Positions 32,108 to 43,306 of a stretch of 64,000 nucleotides of DNA are shown piece after piece. How positions within the stretch are numbered: the stretch's first letter is position 1; every line of letters begins with the position of its first letter. Both the position numbers and the translations under genes were made by a program. The DNA lies in contig JAANOX010000205.1 of the NCBI GenBank assembly GCA_020184695.1, positions 806,001 to 870,000 of the forward strand. The letters are read 5' to 3'. The notes beneath the pieces are model-generated. The model made no database searches. It saw only the letters and a program-made list of their open reading frames with translations, and had not been told where the DNA came from. This DNA comes from Histomonas meleagridis 2922-C6/04-290x. Taxonomy: Eukaryota; Protista; Parabasalia.

Positions 32108-35089
32108 TCATATAATTCCTTCCAAGTGCTTCGGCACAACCATTTCTTCGTTATCCGGCAAATGAGGGATTGGCCAAATTGCTCTGACGAGCTCTCTGTT
32201 CAGCCTCAACAGTTCTTCAGCCTTATTTTTCTCGTCCAACAATGTTAGCAAGTTACAAATTTGATTAATTTCGTTCATTTTGTCTTCGTCCGGCAACAAA
32301 TCCGACAATTGCTTAATGATTGCCGGCAGTCCTCTTTTCTTTTTTGCCTTTCCGTGTCTATTTATTGATTCCGGATGTAATTTTTGTTTTTCGTTTATAT
32401 CATTAAATCTCTTTTTTAAGTTATTCACATTTATTATATTCTTTTTCATTTCATCGATTAATATATTATAAGCACCGATTGCAACTTCTTCTTGTGTTGC
32501 ACCACATTCGAGTGCTTTTAACCATTTATGTGCTTCCATATATAACTTTTTACTTTCATCAAAATCTTTCAGATAAACAAATGAGAAATACGCAGCGTTT
32601 TCTATTTGTTTCTCTTCGATTAAAATATTTTTTATTATTTCATAATTACTTTGATCAACTTTCGATATGATCAATGGTAATTGATTACTTTTGATAATTG
32701 ATTTAATGTTTTCCATTATTATGTTCGTATCATTTGATTGTATAGCTGTTAATGATATTTCTTTTAATGGCCGATTATTCTTTATTAAATATTCGAGTTT
32801 TTTATGAATGATTTCTTTCCATATATTACTATCATTAGGAAATGATTCTAATCCGATATCATATAAATGATCTCTATTGATGATATATAAACATTTCTCT
32901 TCATATTCTTGACCACATTTAGAATAATGTTTAATAGCATCAACATAATCATTACATTCTTCATCTATTAATGCTTTACGTAATTCGACGTTTTCGATTT
33001 TATTAATTTTCTCAATAAATGGTACATATGAAGAAGGCTCTTTCATTGTTAATAATCCAATCGTAGCTATACATTTAGTATCATAAGTTTTATATGATAA
33101 ATCAAATAATGAATCATTATCATATAATGTTAATAAGAAATTAATTGATGATTTAATTACATTTGAATCATTAAATGAACATGAAAATTCAATCGCTTTA
33201 ATGACTTCATTTAATAATATAAAACAAATATTAATTGAATCCGAAAATTTCATTAATAATTCATTAGTATTATCATATTTTGGAATGTTTAATTCATGAG
33301 CTTCTTTATCATATTGAATTTCATTACCAAATAATAACGTTAAAAAGTTTAATATGAACTTTAAATCAGTTTCATTCTTTAATGGAGTTAAACATGCTAA
33401 AAATTGTCGAAGTTGTTGATTAGAAATTTGTTCACATAATTTAGGAATTGAGATATCTCCTAATTGGATAAATCGAGAAAATGGAATTTGATATTTTTTG
33501 GATGATGTTAACGATTCAATGTATTGATGATCTGCAATTAATTTACTTAAATATGATTCAACAATTACATGTGGTGCATTAATTTCTATGTTACCTCGAT
33601 CCATTTGTGTTATTATCGAATGAATTTTCTTCGTGAAATATAAAAGTTGCGCTTGAGGTTCAATTTGATGTTGTGTTTTATTATTGTTATAATTTATATA
33701 TATTTGATTAGTAATATCAATGTATGATAATAATTTCTCATGGAATAAAACGGATGTTGCTAAAGTTGTAATTGTTTCATTACATAATAATAATAATCCA
33801 CTTCGACAAAATATGATATATTTGGATTCATTCTCAATAAACTGTTGTATGTTTTCTTGGCGTTGTATAAGTTTCGGAGTATTAAAATCTTCATAAACTT
33901 CATTCGTATTTAATACAAAATAATTCGGTGAAATTAATGAACAAAATTCTTCAAATTCTTTAAAGACATTAATTTCATTGTTCTCAAAGATATATAATAT
34001 ATTTCCTACTGAAAATAATAATTTATCATTCGAAAATGTACTACATTGGACTGGTGAATTTGGTAATTTATATCTCTCATTAATAGGCATTATATATAAA
34101 TATTCTTCAGTAAAAATTGCAGTCTTTTCATCATTGGATGTTATCGAAGTAATTTGTGAATCAAATTCTTCTTTCCGATGACATAATGGAGGTGGTATTA
34201 TTGAGCGACTCCAATCTGAGATTTGTAACATGTTATAATTAATAACAAAAATTGATTCCGAATTTGAATCAACTGTAAAATTATAATCATATGTAAAGAG
34301 GAGACCGTTAAGGCTGATCACGAACAGAGTTAGTGAATTCGGCGCCCAATAAATTTGTGGAATTAACGGTTCTTCGGATCGGATAACATATTTACGATAA
34401 AAGACACGATTCTTGGTGGAAAGTATTACAATAGAAAAGTCACTTAACATAACAGCTAAAATGTCTTTGTGGGGTGACCAAGAAAAGGATATTATATTTT
34501 GTTCAAAATCAACAAATTGACGATCACAACAATTCTTTTCAAGAAATTGAAGACGTGAACCATGTGAAATACCAAGCCAATTACCAAGAGGATTCCATGA
34601 TAAACTAGTAATATTAGGAATTTCGCGTTCACCTTGTTGATCTGGAATTGCTTGGGAAATGGTATATATGTTAGTTGAATTTGATGCCGCAATAAATTTG
34701 TTATCATTACGGAATGCTGCGTTTGTAATAAGTGAATCCATATTATCTTTAACAGGTGTAAGCTCTTGGGTGTCTATATCCAAAACAAATGCAGTATCTT
34801 CGCTTGCTATAAAAAGAAAATCACCGCCTGGAGAAATAGTTGCATAAGTTATTTGAAATGAAGTTCTATAAATTGCTTCTTCTTCTGTAAATCCAGAATA
34901 AACAGATCTGTCTGTAACTGTTAAATATGTATCTAAAAAATCAGAAAAGCAAATGCAAATAATTGGTTCATTTATGCTTATTGGTACAAGAGATGAATAT
35001 TTCCCAGCGAGCCTTGGAACTTTCACTTGTTGTGGATCAGTGATATCAAAATTTCTTTTACTGGAGTTAATCAAGTGGATATTCAGCAT
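32108..35089 (-). CDS. ELP1: Elongator complex protein 1 (IKI3/IKAP)
   Basis: WD-like SWNPLGNW and SWSPHKD, RSIIPPPLC, QMDRGNIE (ELP1 PRGNLE-like), TPR-like C-half, basic RHGKAKKKRG near the C-terminus. Confidence 0.75.
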   Translation of the reverse strand: MLNIHLINSSKRNFDITDPQQVKVPRLAGKYSSLVPISINEPIICICFSDFLDTYLTVTDRSVYSGFTEEEAIYRTSFQITYATISPGGDFLFIASEDTAFVLDIDTQELTPVKDNMDSLITNAAFRNDNKFIAASNSTNIYTISQAIPDQQGEREIPNITSLSWNPLGNWLGISHGSRLQFLEKNCCDRQFVDFEQNIISFSWSPHKDILAVMLSDFSIVILSTKNRVFYRKYVIRSEEPLIPQIYWAPNSLTLFVISLNGLLFTYDYNFTVDSNSESIFVINYNMLQISDWSRSIIPPPLCHRKEEFDSQITSITSNDEKTAIFTEEYLYIMPINERYKLPNSPVQCSTFSNDKLLFSVGNILYIFENNEINVFKEFEEFCSLISPNYFVLNTNEVYEDFNTPKLIQRQENIQQFIENESKYIIFCRSGLLLLCNETITTLATSVLFHEKLLSYIDITNQIYINYNNNKTQHQIEPQAQLLYFTKKIHSIITQMDRGNIEINAPHVIVESYLSKLIADHQYIESLTSSKKYQIPFSRFIQLGDISIPKLCEQISNQQLRQFLACLTPLKNETDLKFILNFLTLLFGNEIQYDKEAHELNIPKYDNTNELLMKFSDSINICFILLNEVIKAIEFSCSFNDSNVIKSSINFLLTLYDNDSLFDLSYKTYDTKCIATIGLLTMKEPSSYVPFIEKINKIENVELRKALIDEECNDYVDAIKHYSKCGQEYEEKCLYIINRDHLYDIGLESFPNDSNIWKEIIHKKLEYLIKNNRPLKEISLTAIQSNDTNIIMENIKSIIKSNQLPLIISKVDQSNYEIIKNILIEEKQIENAAYFSFVYLKDFDESKKLYMEAHKWLKALECGATQEEVAIGAYNILIDEMKKNIINVNNLKKRFNDINEKQKLHPESINRHGKAKKKRGLPAIIKQLSDLLPDEDKMNEINQICNLLTLLDEKNKAEELLRLNRELVRAIWPIPHLPDNEEMVVPKHLEGII

Positions 35090-35819
35090 ACAAGGAAATG
35101 CAATCGAACAAACATTCTCAAATTCACAAAGCCTTTTAGCGGCACTTTTTTATATAATGCATAATTTTTCATGTTTACTTATATAGCCTTGTTATTGCTT
35201 TACCATTTAAAGCTAAATGGATATGTTTGCGCACAAACAAAAGTGAAAGTTTTAGTTTTGTTAATTGAATTTGAAGTCACATTAATGGCTTATTTAAATA
35301 CTATTCAACAATCATCAATTTAATATACATGCATAAAACAGCTGATTATTTGAATAATATTGGTTAGTTAATATTTTGAAATTCAAATTTGATCTGACTT
35401 AGAATTTATGTAAAATGCCATTAGGGTAGCAATGCCTTTGATTAAAAGTTTGGTGTTATGAATGTTTATATTTTTAAAAGATTTAATTATTTGAAATTAG
35501 AAGTAAAATCTTATTAACTTTACATACACATCATAATGCAAGCAAGTAAAGGCATTGCATTTAGTAGTTTCTTTAAAGTTTATGATCAAATAAAGTGCAA
35601 GGATAAAATGTTTGTTTGAGGGGTGTTGGAAATTTTTTTTGAATGTTAAAAACGATTATTTTGGCATTGAAAAGCGATGTAATCTATTTAATTAATTGGT
35701 CTAAGACGTTCGTTTTTGTAGCATATTTTGACATCATACCAATTTGGTATTGAAAATTGAATGAGTTTAAAATCTCGATTTTGGTAAATTTTCATTGAAA
35801 TTTTTATCTTCATTTTACT

Positions 35820-35824
35820 TCATT
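35820..35824 (+). promoter_or_regulatory. Initiator (Inr) TCATT for the Ras gene
   Basis: TCATT 6 nt upstream of ATG 35831; matches the trichomonad Inr TCA(T/C)(T/A). Confidence 0.6.
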
Positions 35825-35830
35825 ATTTTT

Positions 35831-36415
35831 ATGATCGATTGCAAAGTAGTTGTATTTGGAGCTGGAGGTGTAGGAAAGTCAGCACTTACAGTACAGTTTG
35901 TTCAAGGATACTTCATATCTGATTATGATCCAACGATTGAAGATTCATACAAGCGTGTTTTAGCTGTAGATAACGAAAAAGTTCAACTTGATATTCTTGA
36001 TACAGCAGGCCAAGATGATTTCGCACCAATGCGTGTTTCATATATGAGACAAGGGAAAGCGTTTGTAATTGTTTACTCAATTGATGACCGATCTTCATTT
36101 GAAGCAGTTCAAGAAATTTATAATGAAATAGTGCGAACCAAAGGAACAAAGAATATTCCAATTGTTATTTGTGGTAACAAGAGTGATCTTGTCGATAAAC
36201 GTGTCGTCAGTAAGGTTGAAGGCCAAGAACTTGCTCATGATTTAGGTGCAATATTCTATGAAACATCAGCATTTCTTAATGAAAACATCACTGAAGCATT
36301 TACTGCGCTCGTCAAAAATGTCATGAAATCAGTTTCATCATCACAAAATCAAAATGCAAACAAACAAATTCAAAAGAAGAAAAAGAAAATTATGGCATGC
36401 TGCAACTTAATTTAA
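35831..36415 (+). CDS. Ras-family GTPase (Ras/Rap-like)
   Basis: GAGGVGKSALT, effector YDPTIEDSY, DTAGQ, NKSD, ETSA; polybasic tail and CCNLI CaaX. Confidence 0.93.
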   Translation: MIDCKVVVFGAGGVGKSALTVQFVQGYFISDYDPTIEDSYKRVLAVDNEKVQLDILDTAGQDDFAPMRVSYMRQGKAFVIVYSIDDRSSFEAVQEIYNEIVRTKGTKNIPIVICGNKSDLVDKRVVSKVEGQELAHDLGAIFYETSAFLNENITEAFTALVKNVMKSVSSSQNQNANKQIQKKKKKIMACCNLI

Positions 36416-36860
36416 TTAATACTGATTTTTAATTAAATAAATGCGGATTTTTTTTTTTTAATATTAATTTTAAATACAAATAGGTGTAATTTTCTCATAT
36501 TTCCGGATTTTTTTAATTCGTATTTCAATTGGCTAATTTAAAAGATATTTTAATTTTGCTAGTTGATTAGTCAAGATGTCCTTCTGTTTTGGAGGGATAC
36601 AAAAGTACTTTGATAGAATAAACTTATCAAAAAGTAAAATAGGGCACTCCAAAAATCACTCAATAAAAACAATTTCCTTCCTTACCTAGCCAATGAACCT
36701 ATTTATCCCAAAAATTTGTATATTGTCTAAATAATATTTTTTTTATTATATAAAATTTTGTCGCCAAAGGTTGAAGACTTCCCCTTTTTTCCCTTCAAAA
36801 AACAAAATAAAAAAGGTTTTTATTTCATAAATAATCGCTAAATTAGAGATATTTTTTACA

Positions 36861-39212
36861 TCACACAATTGTATTCGATTTCTTCAACTGTTTAAATATT
36901 GTTTTCCTATAGTCCTCGAACATCACTGGCAATTTCATTTCTGCCAAAGTATGTATCACTTTGTATCTAATGAACTCCATATGCGTTTGTTCGAATCTAC
37001 TCAACACAGTCAACAACGACAGCGCAATTAAAGCTGTTTGCGGGTGTGCTGTTAATATTTGTTTCATTGAAGGGAACAGTAACAAAAACTTATCGTTATA
37101 TGTAACTCTTGCTAATGAATCCAACATCAACAAGCAGCTATTTAACAAGTCCCAATTTTGGCTTCTTAAAGCCTCGTTTATAAATCGTTCGACAAAACCT
37201 TCGTTACACAACTTTGTTACGAATTGTTTTGTTAGGTACAATCTTCGAATTATTGTTGCAACAGCTTTCATTTCGGTATGTTTCCTCACCATTATAATCT
37301 TCATTAGAAATGGAATAAGTTTTGGATATTGTGTTAATTCTTTTCGATTTTCTTTCCGTGAAAACAACACCAAAAAGATCGAAAAGATTCCTAATGGCCC
37401 CATGTTCGATGTGAACCATGAATTATTCGTCAACAAATATTTGGAACCATTTTCACTTTGCGCTATTTTACATAATATATATGGCGACATAATGATGACA
37501 TTGGCCTTATTAATCAACGTGTCTATTAGTTCTTTATTTACGGGTACTTCGCGCATTTTTAATAACATATGACATATCTCATCACGAATTCCTGGCGTTG
37601 TGATTTGAGTACAAAGTGTTTCGACATCAATGTCATTCGGTAATTCAGCTTCATTACATAATGATGCATATGCAGCTCGAACTAATGATTTTTTATTACT
37701 TTTAGTGGCATTGTTAAGTATTACGAGACTTTTAGTTCGATATTTCGATTTAAATGCTGTAGAATGTGTAAGCAAATGTTTTATAATACGAACATATGAT
37801 ATCGAATTTTTGGAATTAAGAGCCGAATTAGAAAAATCTAAAAACACAGAAGCAATTGGAATGAGTGATGTAAATCGACTAGTAGACAAGGAAATTTCCG
37901 AGAAAAGATGAAAGAAATTGGAATTAGTAGGTGATAGTTCAATAAGAGATTTAACTTGCGCAAGTGATAGTTGTCGTGGATGTTCTTGTGCAATACAAAT
38001 GAAAATGCGATAAATGGAATCTGAGTAAGATGCATTATTTAATGGAAGTTTGGATGGAATACCAGAATTAAGATAAGATGACGTACACCATGGATCATGT
38101 TCGAGAAATTTGGCGATCTCACTCAAAAGTAGACTCATGTTTTCGGAATTTAATTTTGAGAAATTAATTGAAACAGTATCGAAAAATGATTTGGATGTCT
38201 CCTTAGAAAGGTATTTAAAGACTGTGTCGAATTGTGGATGATTGGGTTCAGTTAGAATGGTTTTAACATTAGGAGAAAGTTCTTTATCTTGATAAATGCC
38301 ATTTAACGGTCTCTCGTTGTCAAAACCGTTTTCGATCTTCTCTAAAAACGTTTGAATCGCTTTTTCATCAGTTCCATCAAAATAAATCTTTTTGGAACAC
38401 ATGGTTTGATAGATTTCCTTGAAGGATGGTCGGTTTTTCGGGTTTTGATCCCAACATCTTTCAACAAATTCTTTGAAATCACTTCGAACTCCTTCAGGAA
38501 AAGTGGGACGTTGTTTATCTTGAAGGATTCCAATAGCAATATGAATGCTATCTAATTCTCCGAATGGAGTTTCCTCTGTAAGTAATTCCCATAATAACAT
38601 TCCATATGAGTATACATCAACTTTTAGATCATATTGCGTTGAACCAAACATCTCTGGCGCCATCCAATTTGCTGTTCCAACATTTTGTGACAATTGTTGT
38701 GGTTCTTCAGGAAAATCTAGAAGTCTTGCATTATGGAAATTAGAAATTTTAGGATAAAGATTATTATCTAAAAATACATTAGCTGACTTTAAATCTCTGT
38801 GCATAATACATTGTTCATGTAAGTCCATCATTCCTTTGGCAATTCCAAGTGCAATTAATGTTTTATTTGTTGGTGTTAAATGTGCTGAACTTTTATGAAT
38901 ATAATCTTGAAGTGAACCATTTGGATAGTGTTGTGTGATAATAATGAAAGGTGGAGTATTTGTATATCCAAGTAAAGGAATTACAAAAGAATTTCTGCAG
39001 TTTGACAAAATTAAAACTATTCTGCAAAAGCATGCAAGGTCTTTATCTTTGAGTTTGTTGGATTTAAATTTTAGAGCAACACATTTTGTTTTGGTTGGTA
39101 TATATTCTGCTACATACATGCTTCCAAAAGAAAACTGTGTCATTGCTTTTTCTGTAGTTATATCTTCTGGTTTGACTAACAAGTAAGCTGTATCTGAAAG
39201 TATCTCCTCCAT
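36861..39212 (-). CDS. TKL-family kinase (probable pseudokinase) with C-terminal helical/ARM-like region
   Basis: HRDLKSANV, GTANWMAPE and DVYSYGMLLWELLT are present, but DFG is replaced by NFH and the alphaC Glu by Ile. Confidence 0.85.
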   Translation of the reverse strand: MEEILSDTAYLLVKPEDITTEKAMTQFSFGSMYVAEYIPTKTKCVALKFKSNKLKDKDLACFCRIVLILSNCRNSFVIPLLGYTNTPPFIIITQHYPNGSLQDYIHKSSAHLTPTNKTLIALGIAKGMMDLHEQCIMHRDLKSANVFLDNNLYPKISNFHNARLLDFPEEPQQLSQNVGTANWMAPEMFGSTQYDLKVDVYSYGMLLWELLTEETPFGELDSIHIAIGILQDKQRPTFPEGVRSDFKEFVERCWDQNPKNRPSFKEIYQTMCSKKIYFDGTDEKAIQTFLEKIENGFDNERPLNGIYQDKELSPNVKTILTEPNHPQFDTVFKYLSKETSKSFFDTVSINFSKLNSENMSLLLSEIAKFLEHDPWCTSSYLNSGIPSKLPLNNASYSDSIYRIFICIAQEHPRQLSLAQVKSLIELSPTNSNFFHLFSEISLSTSRFTSLIPIASVFLDFSNSALNSKNSISYVRIIKHLLTHSTAFKSKYRTKSLVILNNATKSNKKSLVRAAYASLCNEAELPNDIDVETLCTQITTPGIRDEICHMLLKMREVPVNKELIDTLINKANVIIMSPYILCKIAQSENGSKYLLTNNSWFTSNMGPLGIFSIFLVLFSRKENRKELTQYPKLIPFLMKIIMVRKHTEMKAVATIIRRLYLTKQFVTKLCNEGFVERFINEALRSQNWDLLNSCLLMLDSLARVTYNDKFLLLFPSMKQILTAHPQTALIALSLLTVLSRFEQTHMEFIRYKVIHTLAEMKLPVMFEDYRKTIFKQLKKSNTIV

Positions 39213-39249
39213 CGAATTCTTTTTCTATTTCTATTGTATTTAACCGTTT

Positions 39250-39696
39250 TTAGACATCACATGTCCCTTTAGGATTTTTCAAACATTGCATTATTGGGTG
39301 ATTTATATGAATCATTTTTTCCATAATGGGCTTCTTTTGATTTGATTTCATAAATATATTTATTAAAATTTTCGATAATTTTTGGTATGTTTTTATATAT
39401 TTCTTCTTCTGCTTAAATTGCATGTAAATAATTTATATAAATAGAACTTTCTTTTGTGAAAAAAATACAAAGTATACTAAATTGCTGAAAATATAATTAA
39501 ATGAATATGGATGATCTAAGTTAAATAATTTCATTGTTTGTTGAGTTGACAAAATAAGATTTTCTTCTGTTAGATTAAATATTAACTGCTTGAGAGATAC
39601 GAGCAACTCCAAATAAATGGTTTGATTTTTAAAAACAGCGTCTTCGCTTTTGAGATTATTTGTGTTAATTGGATTGATATCATTAGTATTAGACAT
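39250..39696 (-). pseudogene. Short ORF with one in-frame TAA (39433-39435); resembles the N-terminus of parabasalid ankyrin/DUF3447-type proteins
   Basis: LKQLIFNLTEENL pattern; the frame stays open for 60 more codons after the TAA. The family call is from recollection of the pattern only. Confidence 0.3.
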
Positions 39697-40094
39697 TTTA
39701 ATAACCAGAAATTCACACTAATTAGTGTTTCTTGAACACGATAGAGTTTTTCTGGATAAAACCGTTTATTGAATCCACAAACACACCGACAACCAAGTGT
39801 TTTTTCATTTTTACATTATTTAAACTTTCACAATAACAAGCAATTTTGCCTGGAATATCAAAAGGATGTTTATACAGAAAAATAAATAAGCTTATCAATT
39901 TCATGAAATTTTTTATATTACTAACTTTATTTAATAAAATGCAATTTCTCTTACCTTCGTTAGGTTGTGGCGTTATAAGGTTCCCAAAGAAACAACAAAT
40001 ATTTTGTTCTTTGGTGATTTACAGCTGCTTTTCATTAGTTAACCGTCACGATACCACTTTTTGTTTGTTGTTTGGAAGTTATTAATTCCATTTA

Positions 40095-40568
40095 ATGTCT
40101 GCAGCGCCCAGAGGATCAAAACTTGCAAAATTTCTCAACCATAGAGTAAGTGTATCCGTCAATGAAAAGCGCCGTTTTATTGGTCAACTTCTGGGTTTTG
40201 ATTCTCATTCGAATATAGTTTTGAAAGATTGTGAAGAATACAGACAATTAAAAAAACGTAAAGCAGGAGAAGCAAGAGAAGTAAAGAGAAATGTAGGATT
40301 ACTTGTTCTTAGAGGAGAATCAGTTGTTCATGTTGATGTGATTGGTCCGCCACCTCCATCAGGAAACAGACTTGCAGCTTCAACAGCTTCTGCAGTACTT
40401 CAACCAGGTATAACACAAGATAAAATTGTATCAAAAGGAACCGGAATTACAATTCAAAAACCTACAAATTTATCAAACTTATCAAAGCCCACACAAGGTA
40501 TTGGAATGGCAAGTACTGCCATGAGCGCTGCTCCATCTGTTTTACCACCATCTGCACTACCTCAATAA
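40095..40568 (+). CDS. SNRPB: Small nuclear ribonucleoprotein SmB
   Basis: Sm1 FIGQLLGFDSHSNIVLKDCEEYR, Sm2 GLLVLRGESVV, followed by GPPPP as in SmB. Confidence 0.87.
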   Translation: MSAAPRGSKLAKFLNHRVSVSVNEKRRFIGQLLGFDSHSNIVLKDCEEYRQLKKRKAGEAREVKRNVGLLVLRGESVVHVDVIGPPPPSGNRLAASTASAVLQPGITQDKIVSKGTGITIQKPTNLSNLSKPTQGIGMASTAMSAAPSVLPPSALPQ

Positions 40569-40831
40569 ATTATTACAATTTTTTTTTAATTTCATTTTTT
40601 CACAAAATGCCTTTATAAACAAAGAGAAAATATTCCCCTCTTTTCTTTAATGAGATAAATACATTTGTTTAAATATTAAAATGCAATTTTCATAATATGA
40701 ATTAAGTAACTGAAAAAGAACTTTTAATTATCAATGATAACATTTAAACAAAATTTTAATAATAAAATCATTTCAAATTGTTCAAACCATGAATAATTAT
40801 TTATTAATTTTATGTTATAATAAAACGCATC

Positions 40832-42337
40832 CTATTTATGTCTAATTAAGCTCTTTGCTTTTCTCGTCACTCTCAGCGATCCTCTTGCCGACCTTACAGA
40901 TCTTGGCGTTTCCACTATTGCCGAGTCGAATCCGTCCATTGAACCGAACTGCAAGCCCATAGAGTTTGTCGCCCTCGCCTTAAACACGATTGAGTTTGGC
41001 GGCGGGCCCAACAATTTAATTGATTCTTCTTCTGTTGTAGCGCCAGTTACCTGCGGTATATCTCTGCCGCACGCCATACACTTCACTGCCCCGACTGCAG
41101 TTTGCGAATCTTTATTAATTTGATTAGATAACTCTCTAACAATTTCATTTATTTCATCCCGTGTAGCTGTCTGCTCTAAGAAGTCTCTAAGATCATCGAT
41201 CCTTCCGGCGATGTCCCCAATTACTGATTGGAATTTTTCGAACATTTTCTCAACAAGTGATTTATCCGCTTTACCTTTAAGGTCATTATCATCAGACACA
41301 ATCTTCCCGTGAATTGCAGATAAATGCGCTTGAAGTTTGGGTATAAGCTTGTATAGATAATCAACAGATTCACCAACATTCGCAAATTTGGTGATCGCAG
41401 GAAGAAGCGGAGGATCGCGCCAATCAGCTTCGACTGATGGATATGGTCCATATGATGAGAGATCAACGTTTTGTTGCACATATGTAATCGTTGGTGATGG
41501 TGCAGGTTGAACACGTGGTGTCGATGGCGATGAAGATAATGATGAAACTGATGACGACGAAGGTAACATTGGTGTTACTGTTGGCGGCGTTTGCGCAACT
41601 GATAGTTTGGGCGTTACAGAGGGCAGTGTTGGTGTAACTGCGGGTTTCGGAGTTGGCGTCGGAGTAACTGTTGGTTTCTGTGGAGGAGATGGAGCTGGAG
41701 CTGGTGATACAACATGAATGACTTCGGGCGGAAGAGAGCTACGCTGCTTGAGATCGTTGAGAGATGAGCTCAGATCTTGAAGAATGTTTTTCACAGATGT
41801 GACAGATGTGTTGAGAACGCGTGGAAGGGTTTCGTCAAGTTTTGCAAATGTGTCATTGAAGAGAGAAATAGAAGAAGCAACTGTCTGCAGATGCTCGCGT
41901 GTGTTGTGAAGAGTACTGCCATTTTTGTATACTGTGTCTTCGAGAAATTGGAGTCTGTCGTTGATGTTACTATTACTATTGCTTTGAGAATTTGGAATTG
42001 CATTCTCTAAAGATTCGAATCGCTCTTTGTTGGCATTGTTAATCATATTGACAGTCTCAAGAAGGCGTCCTTCAAATTTATCTTCAAGATCTTTTAATCC
42101 TTTGTCAAGCTTGTTTTCTAATAAGTCAATGCGATTTCCAAGTTCAGTGGTTTTGCTTTCGATTTCTTTCATTAGGGTATCATGAAGTGACTTAAGTTCA
42201 GAACGGTCTGGTTTATCTTTAATGAGACGTTGTAATTCAAGAATCATTTCTTCATGATAATCAAGCCTTTGTTCTATCTGTTTAAACGCCTTCTCTAAAA
42301 AACTTTCATCAATTTGGATTCTCAAATATGAGCTCAT
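40832..42337 (-). CDS. Coiled-coil protein with Pro/Thr/Ser-rich linker and C-terminal CxxC (DUF4795-like)
   Basis: N-terminal coiled coil, VTPT repeats, KADKSLVE and CMACGRDIP motifs. ATG at 42337. Confidence 0.65.
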   Translation of the reverse strand: MSSYLRIQIDESFLEKAFKQIEQRLDYHEEMILELQRLIKDKPDRSELKSLHDTLMKEIESKTTELGNRIDLLENKLDKGLKDLEDKFEGRLLETVNMINNANKERFESLENAIPNSQSNSNSNINDRLQFLEDTVYKNGSTLHNTREHLQTVASSISLFNDTFAKLDETLPRVLNTSVTSVKNILQDLSSSLNDLKQRSSLPPEVIHVVSPAPAPSPPQKPTVTPTPTPKPAVTPTLPSVTPKLSVAQTPPTVTPMLPSSSSVSSLSSSPSTPRVQPAPSPTITYVQQNVDLSSYGPYPSVEADWRDPPLLPAITKFANVGESVDYLYKLIPKLQAHLSAIHGKIVSDDNDLKGKADKSLVEKMFEKFQSVIGDIAGRIDDLRDFLEQTATRDEINEIVRELSNQINKDSQTAVGAVKCMACGRDIPQVTGATTEEESIKLLGPPPNSIVFKARATNSMGLQFGSMDGFDSAIVETPRSVRSARGSLRVTRKAKSLIRHK

Positions 42338-42558
42338 CCAAATACGGAAGTTCAACTAACGTGTTCTTTCTATCGTTCATTTTGAAAATCAGATAAAAAA
42401 ATTGAAATATTAGAAAGAAATTAATTAGCTTTATTACATGTTTATAAGCTTTTGGATATATTTATTATCGCATGTATTGTTGGGTGTGTTGTAATTTATT
42501 GGTTTTTTCATTACGAAATTAATTTTAAAATTTGGTTTTTGTTGTCTTGTAATAGAAA

Positions 42559-43263
42559 TTACTTACTACATACTTCTAATTCTCGAATTGATTGTTCTAT
42601 CTGTTGTTGATTGAATTCTATTATGGCTTTACAAATACGATTTTTTAGCAATTCATGATTGTTTCTTTTCACTTTCATTGATTGTTTGTTTGTAGTCATC
42701 ATTTGCATATGATTTATGGATGAGTTATTGGTTTCAAGTTTGTTTAATTCATCAATCGTTTGCTGAAGAACATGCATGGAGCTTTTTAATTCAGCTTCTT
42801 TTATATTTATGTATTGTTTATATTGACTTTTTAAGTCACTTAGTAATTGTGAATATTTTGTTGATAAAAATTGATATTTTTGTTGAATGTTATTATTTAT
42901 ATCAGAATTATCACCTAAAATCAATTCTTCATTTTTCTTTAACATATCATAAAGAGTATTTTGAAGTTGAGTTATTTTTTGTTTTTGCTCAATTTCTAAT
43001 TGTTGAATTTCGTTTTGATGCCTTATTTTTAATTGTGAAATTTTTCTGAAATGAATTTCTTTTAAATTATCTAATTCATTTTTAAGTGATGATATTTCAA
43101 TCTTTAATCTTAAAATTTCATTTTGAGATTCATCAAAATTGATTTTTTTCAATTCTTTGATTTTCTGATGAATTTTTTCTATTTCATTATCTTTTTGACT
43201 TGTAATTTCTCTGAGTTCTTGTATTGTCTTGTTTATTTGAGATTTTTTTGTAGTAACAGCCAA
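42559..43263 (-). CDS. Coiled-coil hypothetical protein beginning at TTG (no nearby ATG)
   Basis: 234 open codons of heptad sequence; in-frame TAA three codons upstream; first ATG only at codon 107. Confidence 0.55.
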   Translation of the reverse strand: MAVTTKKSQINKTIQELREITSQKDNEIEKIHQKIKELKKINFDESQNEILRLKIEISSLKNELDNLKEIHFRKISQLKIRHQNEIQQLEIEQKQKITQLQNTLYDMLKKNEELILGDNSDINNNIQQKYQFLSTKYSQLLSDLKSQYKQYINIKEAELKSSMHVLQQTIDELNKLETNNSSINHMQMMTTNKQSMKVKRNNHELLKNRICKAIIEFNQQQIEQSIRELEVCSK

Positions 43264-43306
43264 AATTATTTAATGATTGAAGTACGTTTACTATTTCTCA
43301 GGGGTT

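Noticed and set aside
36961-37572. 203-aa plus-strand ORF antisense to the TKL kinase
   Set aside because: It lies entirely within the kinase gene on the opposite strand, starts at TTG and has no recognisable domain.
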